Shown piece by piece: positions 46,141 to 54,127 of a DNA stretch of 64,000 nucleotides. Position numbers and translations under genes: made by a program. Positions within the stretch are counted from its first letter, which is position 1. Each line of letters starts with the position of its first letter. Where the stretch lies: positions 2,573-66,572 of the forward strand of contig VGHK01000006.1 of NCBI GenBank assembly GCA_016868305.1. Direction: 5' to 3'. The notes below the pieces were generated by a model. The model was given only the letters and a program-made list of their open reading frames with translations. It searched no databases and was not told where the DNA came from. The stretch is from Betaproteobacteria bacterium (GTDB lineage: Bacteria > Pseudomonadota > Gammaproteobacteria > Burkholderiales > Burkholderiaceae_A).

Positions 46141-47223
46141 CTACTGAATCTTATAGCGAACGGGCCACTTATGGCCGGCTTTTTCGGCCTCTTCCAGGGT
46201 GGCCTTCAAAACCTGGCTCGCAGGTAATCCCTGCTTGTCCAACGAGCTAGCCATTTCTTGGGGCCATCCGGCCAAAGAGTTGGCCCATTCGAGCCGAACC
46301 GATGGGGGCACTGCGGTTATCTGGGTTCCGAGTTCCTTTAGCTGAGCGATCTGCTTGGGGTAGTTCTCTTGGTTTACCTTACCCGTGCGAAGCTCGTATT
46401 CACGAGCAACTTCGGCAATGATAGCCTGCACGTCTTTGGGCAGTGCATCCCAGCGGCGCTTATTAATGGTGAGCCCGTGCCAGGTAATCGACCCGAAGCC
46501 AATCTCGGTGTAATACTTACCTTGTTCGTAGAGCTTAAAGTTTACCCATGCTGAAGGAAACATAATCCAGCCGTTGTAGACCCCGGTTTGCATACCCTGG
46601 TAGGCCTCGTTTAGGGTTCCTTGCACGGGGATGGCCCCAACATACTCAAGCCATTTCAGGTTTAGGCCTGCTCCAGCAAGCTTAACGCCCTTGAGATCGG
46701 AAACCGATTTCCAGGGCATTGTGGTTCCCAGGTTGTAGCCGTTGTCTGCGATGATTCCCAGAAGCTTCTGGTTCCATTTTTCCTCAAAGACATTCGACAG
46801 GTATGGCACCCTGTTGTATACCGCCCGCGCAACCTTCAGGCTCATTTCCGCATCCATGGTGCCAAAGGGCAGCATTACCTGGAAGGCATGCAGAGGCAGG
46901 TTGGAGGGCTCAAAGCAGAAACAGAATGCGCCCAGATCGATAATGCCGGACTGCACGCCCTCAAGGGTGTCGGGCAGCTTTACCATCGCACCACCATAGC
47001 CCTCGATAAAGTTAATGGTGTGGGGGGTACGCTCTTTCACCCTTTTGGTAACTTCCGGAACAAAGAAGGTATTTAAGAGGTTGACATAGGTGTTCACGAC
47101 AGGGTGACCCGACGCGATTCGCATTGTGATGTTCTCGGCCTTCTGGGCGTGAGCCGCGCCCGTACCGAGAAGCCCCACCATCGCGCTTATTGCGACAAAA
47201 AGGCCTAGTTTCTTAAATTTCAT
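46141..47223 (-). CDS. dctP: TRAP substrate-binding protein (third, unrelated to paralogs 1 and 2)
   Basis: Signal peptide; EAYQGMQTGVYNG; start set at ATG 47223 behind GGAGGAG. Confidence 0.85.
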   Translation of the reverse strand: MKFKKLGLFVAISAMVGLLGTGAAHAQKAENITMRIASGHPVVNTYVNLLNTFFVPEVTKRVKERTPHTINFIEGYGGAMVKLPDTLEGVQSGIIDLGAFCFCFEPSNLPLHAFQVMLPFGTMDAEMSLKVARAVYNRVPYLSNVFEEKWNQKLLGIIADNGYNLGTTMPWKSVSDLKGVKLAGAGLNLKWLEYVGAIPVQGTLNEAYQGMQTGVYNGWIMFPSAWVNFKLYEQGKYYTEIGFGSITWHGLTINKRRWDALPKDVQAIIAEVAREYELRTGKVNQENYPKQIAQLKELGTQITAVPPSVRLEWANSLAGWPQEMASSLDKQGLPASQVLKATLEEAEKAGHKWPVRYKIQ

Positions 47224-47349
47224 GGTTGGAACTCCTCCGTAAGAATAGACATCAAGATATGAAACGACACTGGAGAGTTTTTGCTTGACCGCTCTCTGCG
47301 TCAATTAGGGTTAGTAAGGGGAAAAGGGTTTGTCGCGCTGATCATTTGA

Positions 47350-48573
47350 TTAGCAGACTACCTGTCGTTCTCCATTGTGGGTGACCGCCACCTGTGCCGG
47401 AAGTTTCGAGCTAAGCGCGGCGTGCAAATAGCAGGTATTGGCAGAGATGGCGAGCAGTCGTTGCATCACTGAGTCGTCTTCTTCACCGTGCAGGAATAGA
47501 TGGGTATCCACAGGCGAGGCCTGCCCCGCAAGGCCACCGTGCGCGTCGCTATGGAGACCGAAGGGGTTGAACTGCACAAGTCGAATTGCCCGCACCTTGT
47601 ACTTCAGGTATTCGGCGTACCGAAGCAGCTGGGTCATGTAACAAAAAGCGATTCCCGCAGAGAGCAGGGCAAGACCAGAGGGCGCAGTGGGGCTGGCTAA
47701 CGCATTCTCGTGGCTAAGGAAAGAAAACTCGCTGCCCGGGGGAGCCTTCAAGGTGGTTTGAATTGTGGTCTGTCCTTTGCCAAGGGTAAGAGCCGACCGC
47801 CCAAGAACCTCCAGCCCAAATCGCGTAGAAGCGGAGGGCATTGCCTCGTTTGGCGGAATGTAGTCAGAGGTTTTCGAGATCAGATTTGTGGCATCTTGCC
47901 CATCTGCAACCGGCCGGGGCGGGCCCGCCCGCGACTTTAAGGGGTCTTGCGCATCTGGGGCCTCGGAGGCCTTGGCTCCGGTGACCTCACGACGTATGCC
48001 ATTGACATACAGCGCAAAGGTACAGTCCAGGGGGTGTGCCATTGCTGCAAGCGCGCACGATTGCCGCACTGCGTCATGGATGAGCGATGCGGCCAGCTTC
48101 GCGGTGCAGTTTCCCTGGCTGACGATTTCGATCTCAGCAGGTGCGGCCTCTCCCTGGCCTGTGCCAGCATAAAAGGACCCACTGAAGGCATATCGGTTGA
48201 TCAGGGTCTGACTTACGGAAGACAAAGGAGTTCCGCGCGAGAGGTTAAGCCGGTCTATGGCACCGAGAAGATCGGCCTGAAGCCCGGCGTTAAAAAACCC
48301 CAAAGGAAAGGGCGCAAGGTCAGAGCCTTTGAGCTGCGGGCCTTCGTCGCTCACGACCCGCCAGCGGGGGCCGTTGGTGCCCTCGGAGATAACCGCCTCT
48401 TTCTGATGGGCTCCCAAGGCACGCGCCTCGACCTTAAGACAAGCGGCATCGGGAGCCCCTTCGAAGAGCCTGGGGCGGTCGGACTGGCGATGCACGCAAA
48501 AAGCGAGAGGATGTCCAGAGGATTGGATGCTATCTTCCACTTCAATCAATGCGGGCTCCTTGCTGCGTTGCAT
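47350..48573 (-). CDS. Tandem two-domain OsmC/Ohr-like protein
   Basis: Two repeats of an SDE..L.G...AP.P..AG..C pattern; the C-terminal domain has AFCY and NTCY cysteines. Confidence 0.7.
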   Translation of the reverse strand: MQRSKEPALIEVEDSIQSSGHPLAFCVHRQSDRPRLFEGAPDAACLKVEARALGAHQKEAVISEGTNGPRWRVVSDEGPQLKGSDLAPFPLGFFNAGLQADLLGAIDRLNLSRGTPLSSVSQTLINRYAFSGSFYAGTGQGEAAPAEIEIVSQGNCTAKLAASLIHDAVRQSCALAAMAHPLDCTFALYVNGIRREVTGAKASEAPDAQDPLKSRAGPPRPVADGQDATNLISKTSDYIPPNEAMPSASTRFGLEVLGRSALTLGKGQTTIQTTLKAPPGSEFSFLSHENALASPTAPSGLALLSAGIAFCYMTQLLRYAEYLKYKVRAIRLVQFNPFGLHSDAHGGLAGQASPVDTHLFLHGEEDDSVMQRLLAISANTCYLHAALSSKLPAQVAVTHNGERQVVC

Positions 48574-48637
48574 ACCGTGAGGGTACTAGAGAAGGCACTA
48601 TTCAACCTGTTATGTTCGTCATATGATTACACCAGTA

Positions 48638-48655
48638 ATTATCAAAAGATCAATA
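48638..48655. promoter_or_regulatory. Putative operator, site E (ATTATC-AAAA-GATCAA-TA)
   Basis: Half-sites identical to site D; in the divergent OsmC-TRAP / cupin region, immediately before the cupin SD. Confidence 0.5.
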
Positions 48656-48665
48656 GGAGAAAACC

Positions 48666-49253
48666 ATGGCTTCTTGGAAAGAGATTCGGGTTATCAGTAA
48701 AAAAGAAATGATGGGCCGCGTGGCCCGGTTCAAAAAGCTAAAGGGCTCCGATGGGGGACTCCCCGATAGCCCACTTCCCGAGTCCCAGCGCAAGCTATTT
48801 GCGGTAATTGGGTTTCAGCCTCCCAAAAAAGGAAATAACGCCACGACATCGCCGGTGGGCGATGATGCGGCAACCAAGCCAGCCATTCCTATTGCCGAAG
48901 GTTTTAACCTCGGCTACTGCAAGGCTAAGCCTGGTCGGGGCCCTCTCATGCACAACCATGACACCAATGAGACCTTTATTGCCCTGACAGGGCAGTGGCG
49001 CTGCGAATGGAATGAAGGCAGCCATAAACAGCATATTGACTTGAACCCCTACGATGTCATCTCTTTCCCGCCAGGATGCGCCCGTCGGTTTATGAATATC
49101 ACCAAAGGCGAGCCAGAGACAGAGCACCTGTTAATGTTCGTCATCGGGGGCAATGCGCCGAAGGCTGAGTTCACCCCATTGGCCATGCAGCGTTGCATGG
49201 AGTTTGCGGCAGAGCAGAAAAAACAGTCTCGAAGACCTAAAGGTAGGGCTTAG
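48666..49253 (+). CDS. Cupin domain protein
   Basis: GPLMHNHDTNETF (H-x-H-x3-E), LNPYDVISFPPG..R.F.N. Confidence 0.85.
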   Translation: MASWKEIRVISKKEMMGRVARFKKLKGSDGGLPDSPLPESQRKLFAVIGFQPPKKGNNATTSPVGDDAATKPAIPIAEGFNLGYCKAKPGRGPLMHNHDTNETFIALTGQWRCEWNEGSHKQHIDLNPYDVISFPPGCARRFMNITKGEPETEHLLMFVIGGNAPKAEFTPLAMQRCMEFAAEQKKQSRRPKGRA

Positions 49254-50019
49254 CCCAGCCTATCCCAGCCTCGGGGGTCGAGGCGGGTCGATATTCGCAG
49301 CCCACGGTGCCGTTGTAGCCAAGCGACGTAAGTTCTTGGGCGATTCGTACGAAGTCTAGCTCGCCCCGGTCTGGCTCCGTCCGGTCGGGTACACCCGCCA
49401 CTTGAATATGGCCAATATCCTGCCTAAGCAAACGGAGATTCGTAATGATGTCGCCATGCAGAATCTGCTGGTGATAAAGATCAAACTGGATCTTAAGTGC
49501 CGGGTGGTTCACCCTGGCGAGGGTCTCTTTGGCATGGGGAAGACTTGCCATAAATGCGCCTGGTGCATCGCGAGGGCTTAATGGTTCAATGGTTACCAGA
49601 ATATTGCGTGGGTGGGCCGTTGCGCAGGCCCAGGCAAGGTTCTTCTCGTACGTTTCTTGTTGCGCTGCCTCAGAGCTCCCTCCTGCAGCCACAGGGCCGG
49701 CAGTCGCGTGAATCAGGGGAACATCCAGGGCCAAGGCATAGGTAAGGGCCTGATGAAACAGCTTTTGAAACTCAGTTTCTTTGCCGCTCCATGCGGCAAG
49801 TCCGCGCACTGCAGCATCCGCGCTGGATCCGGAGGGGGTATTGATAAGCGCAAGTGAGAGCTGGTTGTCCCTGAGCCCGCGCTTCCAGTCTTCAATCGAG
49901 GCTGCGTAGGGGTTAAGAGACTCCACGCAGCGAAAGCCAGCATTTGCTGCAGCCTTTAGGCGTTGGTCTAAAGGCAGTTCTTTCCAGAGCCAGTCAATAT
50001 TGGCAGAGAGTCGAATCAT
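49237..50019 (-). CDS. Hydroxypyruvate isomerase family (Hyi/OtnI-like) protein
   Basis: LSANI..L, GF..VE, TIEPL, QFDLYHQQ, HIQVAGVPDR.EPD.GE, GCEYRP. Confidence 0.9.
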   Translation of the reverse strand: MIRLSANIDWLWKELPLDQRLKAAANAGFRCVESLNPYAASIEDWKRGLRDNQLSLALINTPSGSSADAAVRGLAAWSGKETEFQKLFHQALTYALALDVPLIHATAGPVAAGGSSEAAQQETYEKNLAWACATAHPRNILVTIEPLSPRDAPGAFMASLPHAKETLARVNHPALKIQFDLYHQQILHGDIITNLRLLRQDIGHIQVAGVPDRTEPDRGELDFVRIAQELTSLGYNGTVGCEYRPASTPEAGIGWAKPYL

Positions 50020-50059
50020 TTTGTATCCCTTCGTTCCAATGGCATGCCCAAAAATATCT

Positions 50060-52150
50060 CTACTTCAGCACATCAAACAAATTGTGCCAGTCGTCGGTCC
50101 AAGGCCTTGTGAAAGACGGCAAGGGGATCGCAACCCGATGGGCCGCGATTATCGGGTTATTCAGAAGTCCCACATTACGAGTTACCAGTACCCAGTCGCT
50201 TCGCGCGATTGTCCATGGGTCGGATTCCTCGGGCTCATGCGAGATAAGTGCTGAGGCATAGCCAAGGGTATCGGCCAGCTGCTTTACTACCGGGGCTAGG
50301 GCAAGGTATCGATTGGTGACATGGATTGCCAGCACGCCAGTAGGAGACAGGTGGCGGGTGTAGACGGAAAGCGCCTCTTGGGTGAGCAGGTGTATCGGAA
50401 TAGCATCACTTGAGAAGGCATCGACTGCCAAAACATCAAAATTCTGAGGGTCTTCTCGCTCAAGCTGCAGCCGCGCATCTCCGAGTACCACCGTGGTCTG
50501 GGCGGGTGCGTTATCAAGGTAGAAAAACTGGCTTTGTGCGACATCGACCACCTGGGGATTGATCTCATAGATCCGGTAGCGGTCTCGTGGACGTGCATAG
50601 GTTACGAGCGTTCCCACCCCCAGCCCTACCAGCCCAACATGGATCTCGGGCAGGGAACGCTTTACCGCTATAACCCGCCCAATGCCGGAAGACGGACTGT
50701 AGTAGGTGGTTGCCTGGCCACGCTTGTCGGGATCCAAAACCTGCAGCCCGTGCAGGATCACGCCGTGGACGAGCCGCCGGTAGGGACCACTCTCGGCTGT
50801 GCTGACCTCCTGCACCCTTAAAGACCCGTAGAAGTTTCTGTTTGCATAAATGCTTCTGTCTTGGTAATCGTCCCAGTAAAGAGCGGAGAAATGGCCAACG
50901 GCAACCACAGCCGCGAAACTGCCAAATCCCAGGGTTGTCTTCAACAGGGGCGAAGCCTCACGCAGAGCAACCCATATGCCAACGAGACCAATAGCTAGCA
51001 GCGAGAGCGGCATCTCCCAATACCCCGAAAAAACACGTGGGGCGATGAGCGAAACAAAGGCGCCACCAGTGGCCCCGCCCAGGGCGATCATGAGGTAGAA
51101 ACGGGTGAGGAACTGAGGGGCAGGTCGTGACTGTGCGAGTTCACCATGACAAAAAAGACAGATCAGGAAAAGGCCAGCGCAATAGAGCGGTATTGCAATC
51201 TCAATATCGAGAATGCCGTCCTGGGCAGTCAATCCCCAGGCCATGATTGCTGCGACTGCCATGCTTGGCAGCATCATCGATTCCCGAAGGTAAAACCCCT
51301 TTCCGTTTCGTCCTTCAAAGGCAAGCACAAAGCTCAGCAGATACAGTGATAGCGGTAGTACCCACAGGAAGGGGACGGAGGCTATGTTCTGAGAAATGTG
51401 GCCAGAGGCAGACAACAGGAGGGCACTGGCGAACCCAGAAAGAATCAACCAGAACACCTGTACAGAAATCGTGGGCGACTTTGCCTGCGTTACCTCGTTG
51501 GCCGGATGCGCTGAGTTTGGGGCGGTCGGTTCCGCCAGTGCTGCGGCGGGGGTATTGGCGCCAGGGCGCTGGCCTGTCTGCCAGATGAGCAACAGCATAG
51601 AGGCAACAAAGAAGACAAATCCTGCGCTCCAGACCCAGGCTTGTGTCACCACTCCAAGGACACGCTCGACAATAAACGGGTAGCTCAGAAGCGCGACCAG
51701 CGACCCGAGGTTTGACAGGGCAAAAAGCCGATAGGCCCGCGCTGCCTTCTGAGGGCTTGGCTGGGATCTTGCAAACCAGGCCTGCACCAGCGGCCCCGTT
51801 GTGGAGAGCACGAAATAGGGAAGTCCGATGGTAACTGCCAAAAGCAGCAACACATGCAGAGAAGGATCTTCGAGCCCAGAAGGCTTTCGGGATTCTGCCG
51901 CAAGCACTGGCAGCCAGAGCAGACTTACCAGTAACAGTGCCGAATGGAGTCGATACTGCACCCTGGCGGAGAGTTTTTGAACAAGGTCTGCGTAGGCGTA
52001 ACCGGCCAGAAGCGTGACTTGAAAAAAGCTTAGGCAGACGGCCCAGACCCCGGCCGATCCGCCAAACCAGGGAACGATCTGTTTGGCGATAATCGGCTGA
52101 ATGAGAAAAAGCAGAAAGCTCGATAGCGCGATCGCTAGAGCGTAGATCAG
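50060..52150 (-). CDS. Membrane transporter / spermidine synthase-like methyltransferase fusion
   Basis: N-terminal multi-TM region (FLLFLIQPIIAKQIVPWFGG); C-terminal GLGVGT, YEINP, GDAR, DAFSSD. The frame stays open 63 codons upstream of the listed GTG (51961) to a CTG at 52150 behind a GAGGA SD. Confidence 0.85.
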   Translation of the reverse strand: MIYALAIALSSFLLFLIQPIIAKQIVPWFGGSAGVWAVCLSFFQVTLLAGYAYADLVQKLSARVQYRLHSALLLVSLLWLPVLAAESRKPSGLEDPSLHVLLLLAVTIGLPYFVLSTTGPLVQAWFARSQPSPQKAARAYRLFALSNLGSLVALLSYPFIVERVLGVVTQAWVWSAGFVFFVASMLLLIWQTGQRPGANTPAAALAEPTAPNSAHPANEVTQAKSPTISVQVFWLILSGFASALLLSASGHISQNIASVPFLWVLPLSLYLLSFVLAFEGRNGKGFYLRESMMLPSMAVAAIMAWGLTAQDGILDIEIAIPLYCAGLFLICLFCHGELAQSRPAPQFLTRFYLMIALGGATGGAFVSLIAPRVFSGYWEMPLSLLAIGLVGIWVALREASPLLKTTLGFGSFAAVVAVGHFSALYWDDYQDRSIYANRNFYGSLRVQEVSTAESGPYRRLVHGVILHGLQVLDPDKRGQATTYYSPSSGIGRVIAVKRSLPEIHVGLVGLGVGTLVTYARPRDRYRIYEINPQVVDVAQSQFFYLDNAPAQTTVVLGDARLQLEREDPQNFDVLAVDAFSSDAIPIHLLTQEALSVYTRHLSPTGVLAIHVTNRYLALAPVVKQLADTLGYASALISHEPEESDPWTIARSDWVLVTRNVGLLNNPIIAAHRVAIPLPSFTRPWTDDWHNLFDVLK

Positions 52151-52159
52151 AAAGGTCCT

Positions 52160-53149
52160 CTAGGCGGTTTCTTGTTTTGTGGGATCGTTCCCCAGCCCTC
52201 TGGGCAAGGGAAACCGAATATGCTCTTGTGCCCCGGGAAGTCTTCGTACGGCGCTGGCGCCCATTTCCTTTACGGCCGCAACCAGTCCCTGCACGAGGGC
52301 CTCGGGCGCAGAGGCCCCCGCGGTGATCCCCACGCGGGATTTGCCCGCCAGCCATTGCGATTGAAGATCTTCTGCACCATCCAGAAGATAGGCGGGCACC
52401 CCATACCTTTCTGCGACTTCGCGCAGCCTATTGCTATTGGAACTGGTGCGACTGCCAACGACCAGGACAACGTCAACCTGTCGGCTCATGAGCTTGACTG
52501 CGTCCTGGCGATTCTGGGTGGCATAGCAGATATCGCTGAATTTGGGCCCACGAATGGACGGGAACCTTTGTTTTAAGGCCTGAACGATGGCAGCGGTATC
52601 GTCGGTGGATAGGGTGGTCTGGGAGACATAGGCAAGCCGGTCTGGGCGCCGAACCGATATCTTGGCTACCTGCTGCTCGTCTTCCACCAGGTAGATGCCC
52701 GCATCGAGTTGTCCCATGGTGCCCTCAACCTCAGGATGGCCCTGATGTCCAATCATGACGATCTCGTAGCCTTCGGCCGCGAGTTTACGAACCTCTACGT
52801 GAACTTTTGTTACCAGCGGACAGGTGGCATCAAAGACCTCCAGGCTTCGCTCGGAGGCATGGGCACGCACGGTACGTGCTACCCCGTGGGCGCTCATGAT
52901 CAGCCGGGAACCTACTGGCACCTCATTAAGGTCTTCGACAAATACCGCGCCCTTGGCCCTGAGGTCGGCAACCACGTGATCGTTATGGACGATTTCGTGC
53001 CGAACGTACACTGGTGCGCCAAACCGTGTAAGGGCACGTTCCACGATTTCGATGGCGCGATCCACCCCTGCGCAGAACCCTCTGGGTTCAGCAAGTACGA
53101 TCTCGCTTGGAGAGATTTCGGTCGGAAGAGGCTTGGGCGTATGGCTCAT
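52160..53149 (-). CDS. ispH: 4-hydroxy-3-methylbut-2-enyl diphosphate reductase
   Basis: [55 protein letters not shown]. Confidence 0.97.
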   Translation of the reverse strand: MSHTPKPLPTEISPSEIVLAEPRGFCAGVDRAIEIVERALTRFGAPVYVRHEIVHNDHVVADLRAKGAVFVEDLNEVPVGSRLIMSAHGVARTVRAHASERSLEVFDATCPLVTKVHVEVRKLAAEGYEIVMIGHQGHPEVEGTMGQLDAGIYLVEDEQQVAKISVRRPDRLAYVSQTTLSTDDTAAIVQALKQRFPSIRGPKFSDICYATQNRQDAVKLMSRQVDVVLVVGSRTSSNSNRLREVAERYGVPAYLLDGAEDLQSQWLAGKSRVGITAGASAPEALVQGLVAAVKEMGASAVRRLPGAQEHIRFPLPRGLGNDPTKQETA

Positions 53150-53196
53150 GGGGAAGTTTTGTTAGGGACAGAGCTGGGCAATGCAGCGGCGGCGAA

Positions 53197-53643
53197 TTAA
53201 CTGGGCAGAACCCCAATGATTCTGACATGGAACAGGAGTGCCTGACCAGCCAGGGGGTGGTTGAAATCAAAGACTGCCGAATCGGCATCCCAGCCCTTGA
53301 AAATCCCTGCAAATCGCCCGCCCTCCGGGGCTGGAAACTCAAGCAGATCTCCCGGTTCGAGGGGGTCTGTTGCGTCGGTATGTTCGGCCAGAAGCTTGCG
53401 CGAAAGCTTCTGGATTAAAGCGGGGTTTCGCGGTCCGAAGGCATCATCGGGGCCCAGGGCATAGCTGCGTTCATCACCTTCTTGCAGAGCGAGCAGGCAG
53501 CGCTCCAGCCCGGGGGCAAACTGACCAGATCCCAGCTGCAGCGTGGCCGGTTTGTCATCAAAAGTGTCGAGCACCACCGGGCCGTCAGGCAAAGACAGGC
53601 GATAGTGCAAAGTGACATGACTTTCGGGCGTGATGAGCGGCAT
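53197..53643 (-). CDS. fkpB: FKBP-type peptidyl-prolyl isomerase (SlpA/FkpB)
   Basis: VTLHY.L, AFG, DFNHPLAG..L.F; directly upstream of ispH. Confidence 0.92.
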   Translation of the reverse strand: MPLITPESHVTLHYRLSLPDGPVVLDTFDDKPATLQLGSGQFAPGLERCLLALQEGDERSYALGPDDAFGPRNPALIQKLSRKLLAEHTDATDPLEPGDLLEFPAPEGGRFAGIFKGWDADSAVFDFNHPLAGQALLFHVRIIGVLPS

Positions 53644-53707
53644 GCCGCGCAGTCTACCCCGACTCCCCTAAAATCAGGTATCTCACTATTAACCGTTTTT
53701 TATCAGG

Positions 53708-54127
53708 ATGCCTATGACAAAGAAGATTATCCGCACCGCACACGCGCCAGCCGCAATTGGTACCTATTCCCAGGCAGTGCAGATGGGTCAAACGGTTTGG
53801 CTGTCCGGTCAGATTGCGCTTGACCCGGAAAAAATGGTCTTGGTAGGGGATGACTCACCAGAGGGCGTCAGTCAGCAGATCCACCGCGTGTTCCAGAATC
53901 TCTCGGCAGTGGCCCAGGCCGCTGGGGGGTCTCTGAATGACATAGTGAAGCTCAATCTCTTTCTCACCGACCTAAGCCATTTTGCCCGTGTCAATGAGAT
54001 CATGGCAGGTTACTTTACCGAGCCCTACCCTGCAAGGGCTGCTGTGGGCGTGGCGAGTCTGCCACGGGGGGCGGCGTTCGAGGCAGAGGCCGTAATGGTT
54101 CTGGGTAGCGCCTCTCGCGCCAATTGA
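53708..54127 (+). CDS. ridA: RidA/YjgF family enamine deaminase
   Basis: [42 protein letters not shown]. Confidence 0.92.
   Translation: MPMTKKIIRTAHAPAAIGTYSQAVQMGQTVWLSGQIALDPEKMVLVGDDSPEGVSQQIHRVFQNLSAVAQAAGGSLNDIVKLNLFLTDLSHFARVNEIMAGYFTEPYPARAAVGVASLPRGAAFEAEAVMVLGSASRAN

Noticed and set aside
47947-48711. Long alternative ORFs (e.g. 47947-48711 +, 51315-52355 -, 4802-5461 -, 16279-16908 +, 62160-62873 -)
   Set aside because: They are antisense or off-frame shadows of well-supported genes, with no recognisable motifs or SD; expected at this GC content.
153-50060. Mobile genomic island or integrative element
   Set aside because: No integrase, transposase, tRNA or flanking direct repeat is visible; the right border (hyi to the fusion gene) is a 40-bp co-oriented gap. 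Horizontal origin is untested.
52150-52162. Pyrrolysine-type or programmed amber read-through fusing IspH to the membrane protein
   Set aside because: IspH is complete at the TAG, an SD and CTG explain the downstream gene, and no pyl genes are seen.
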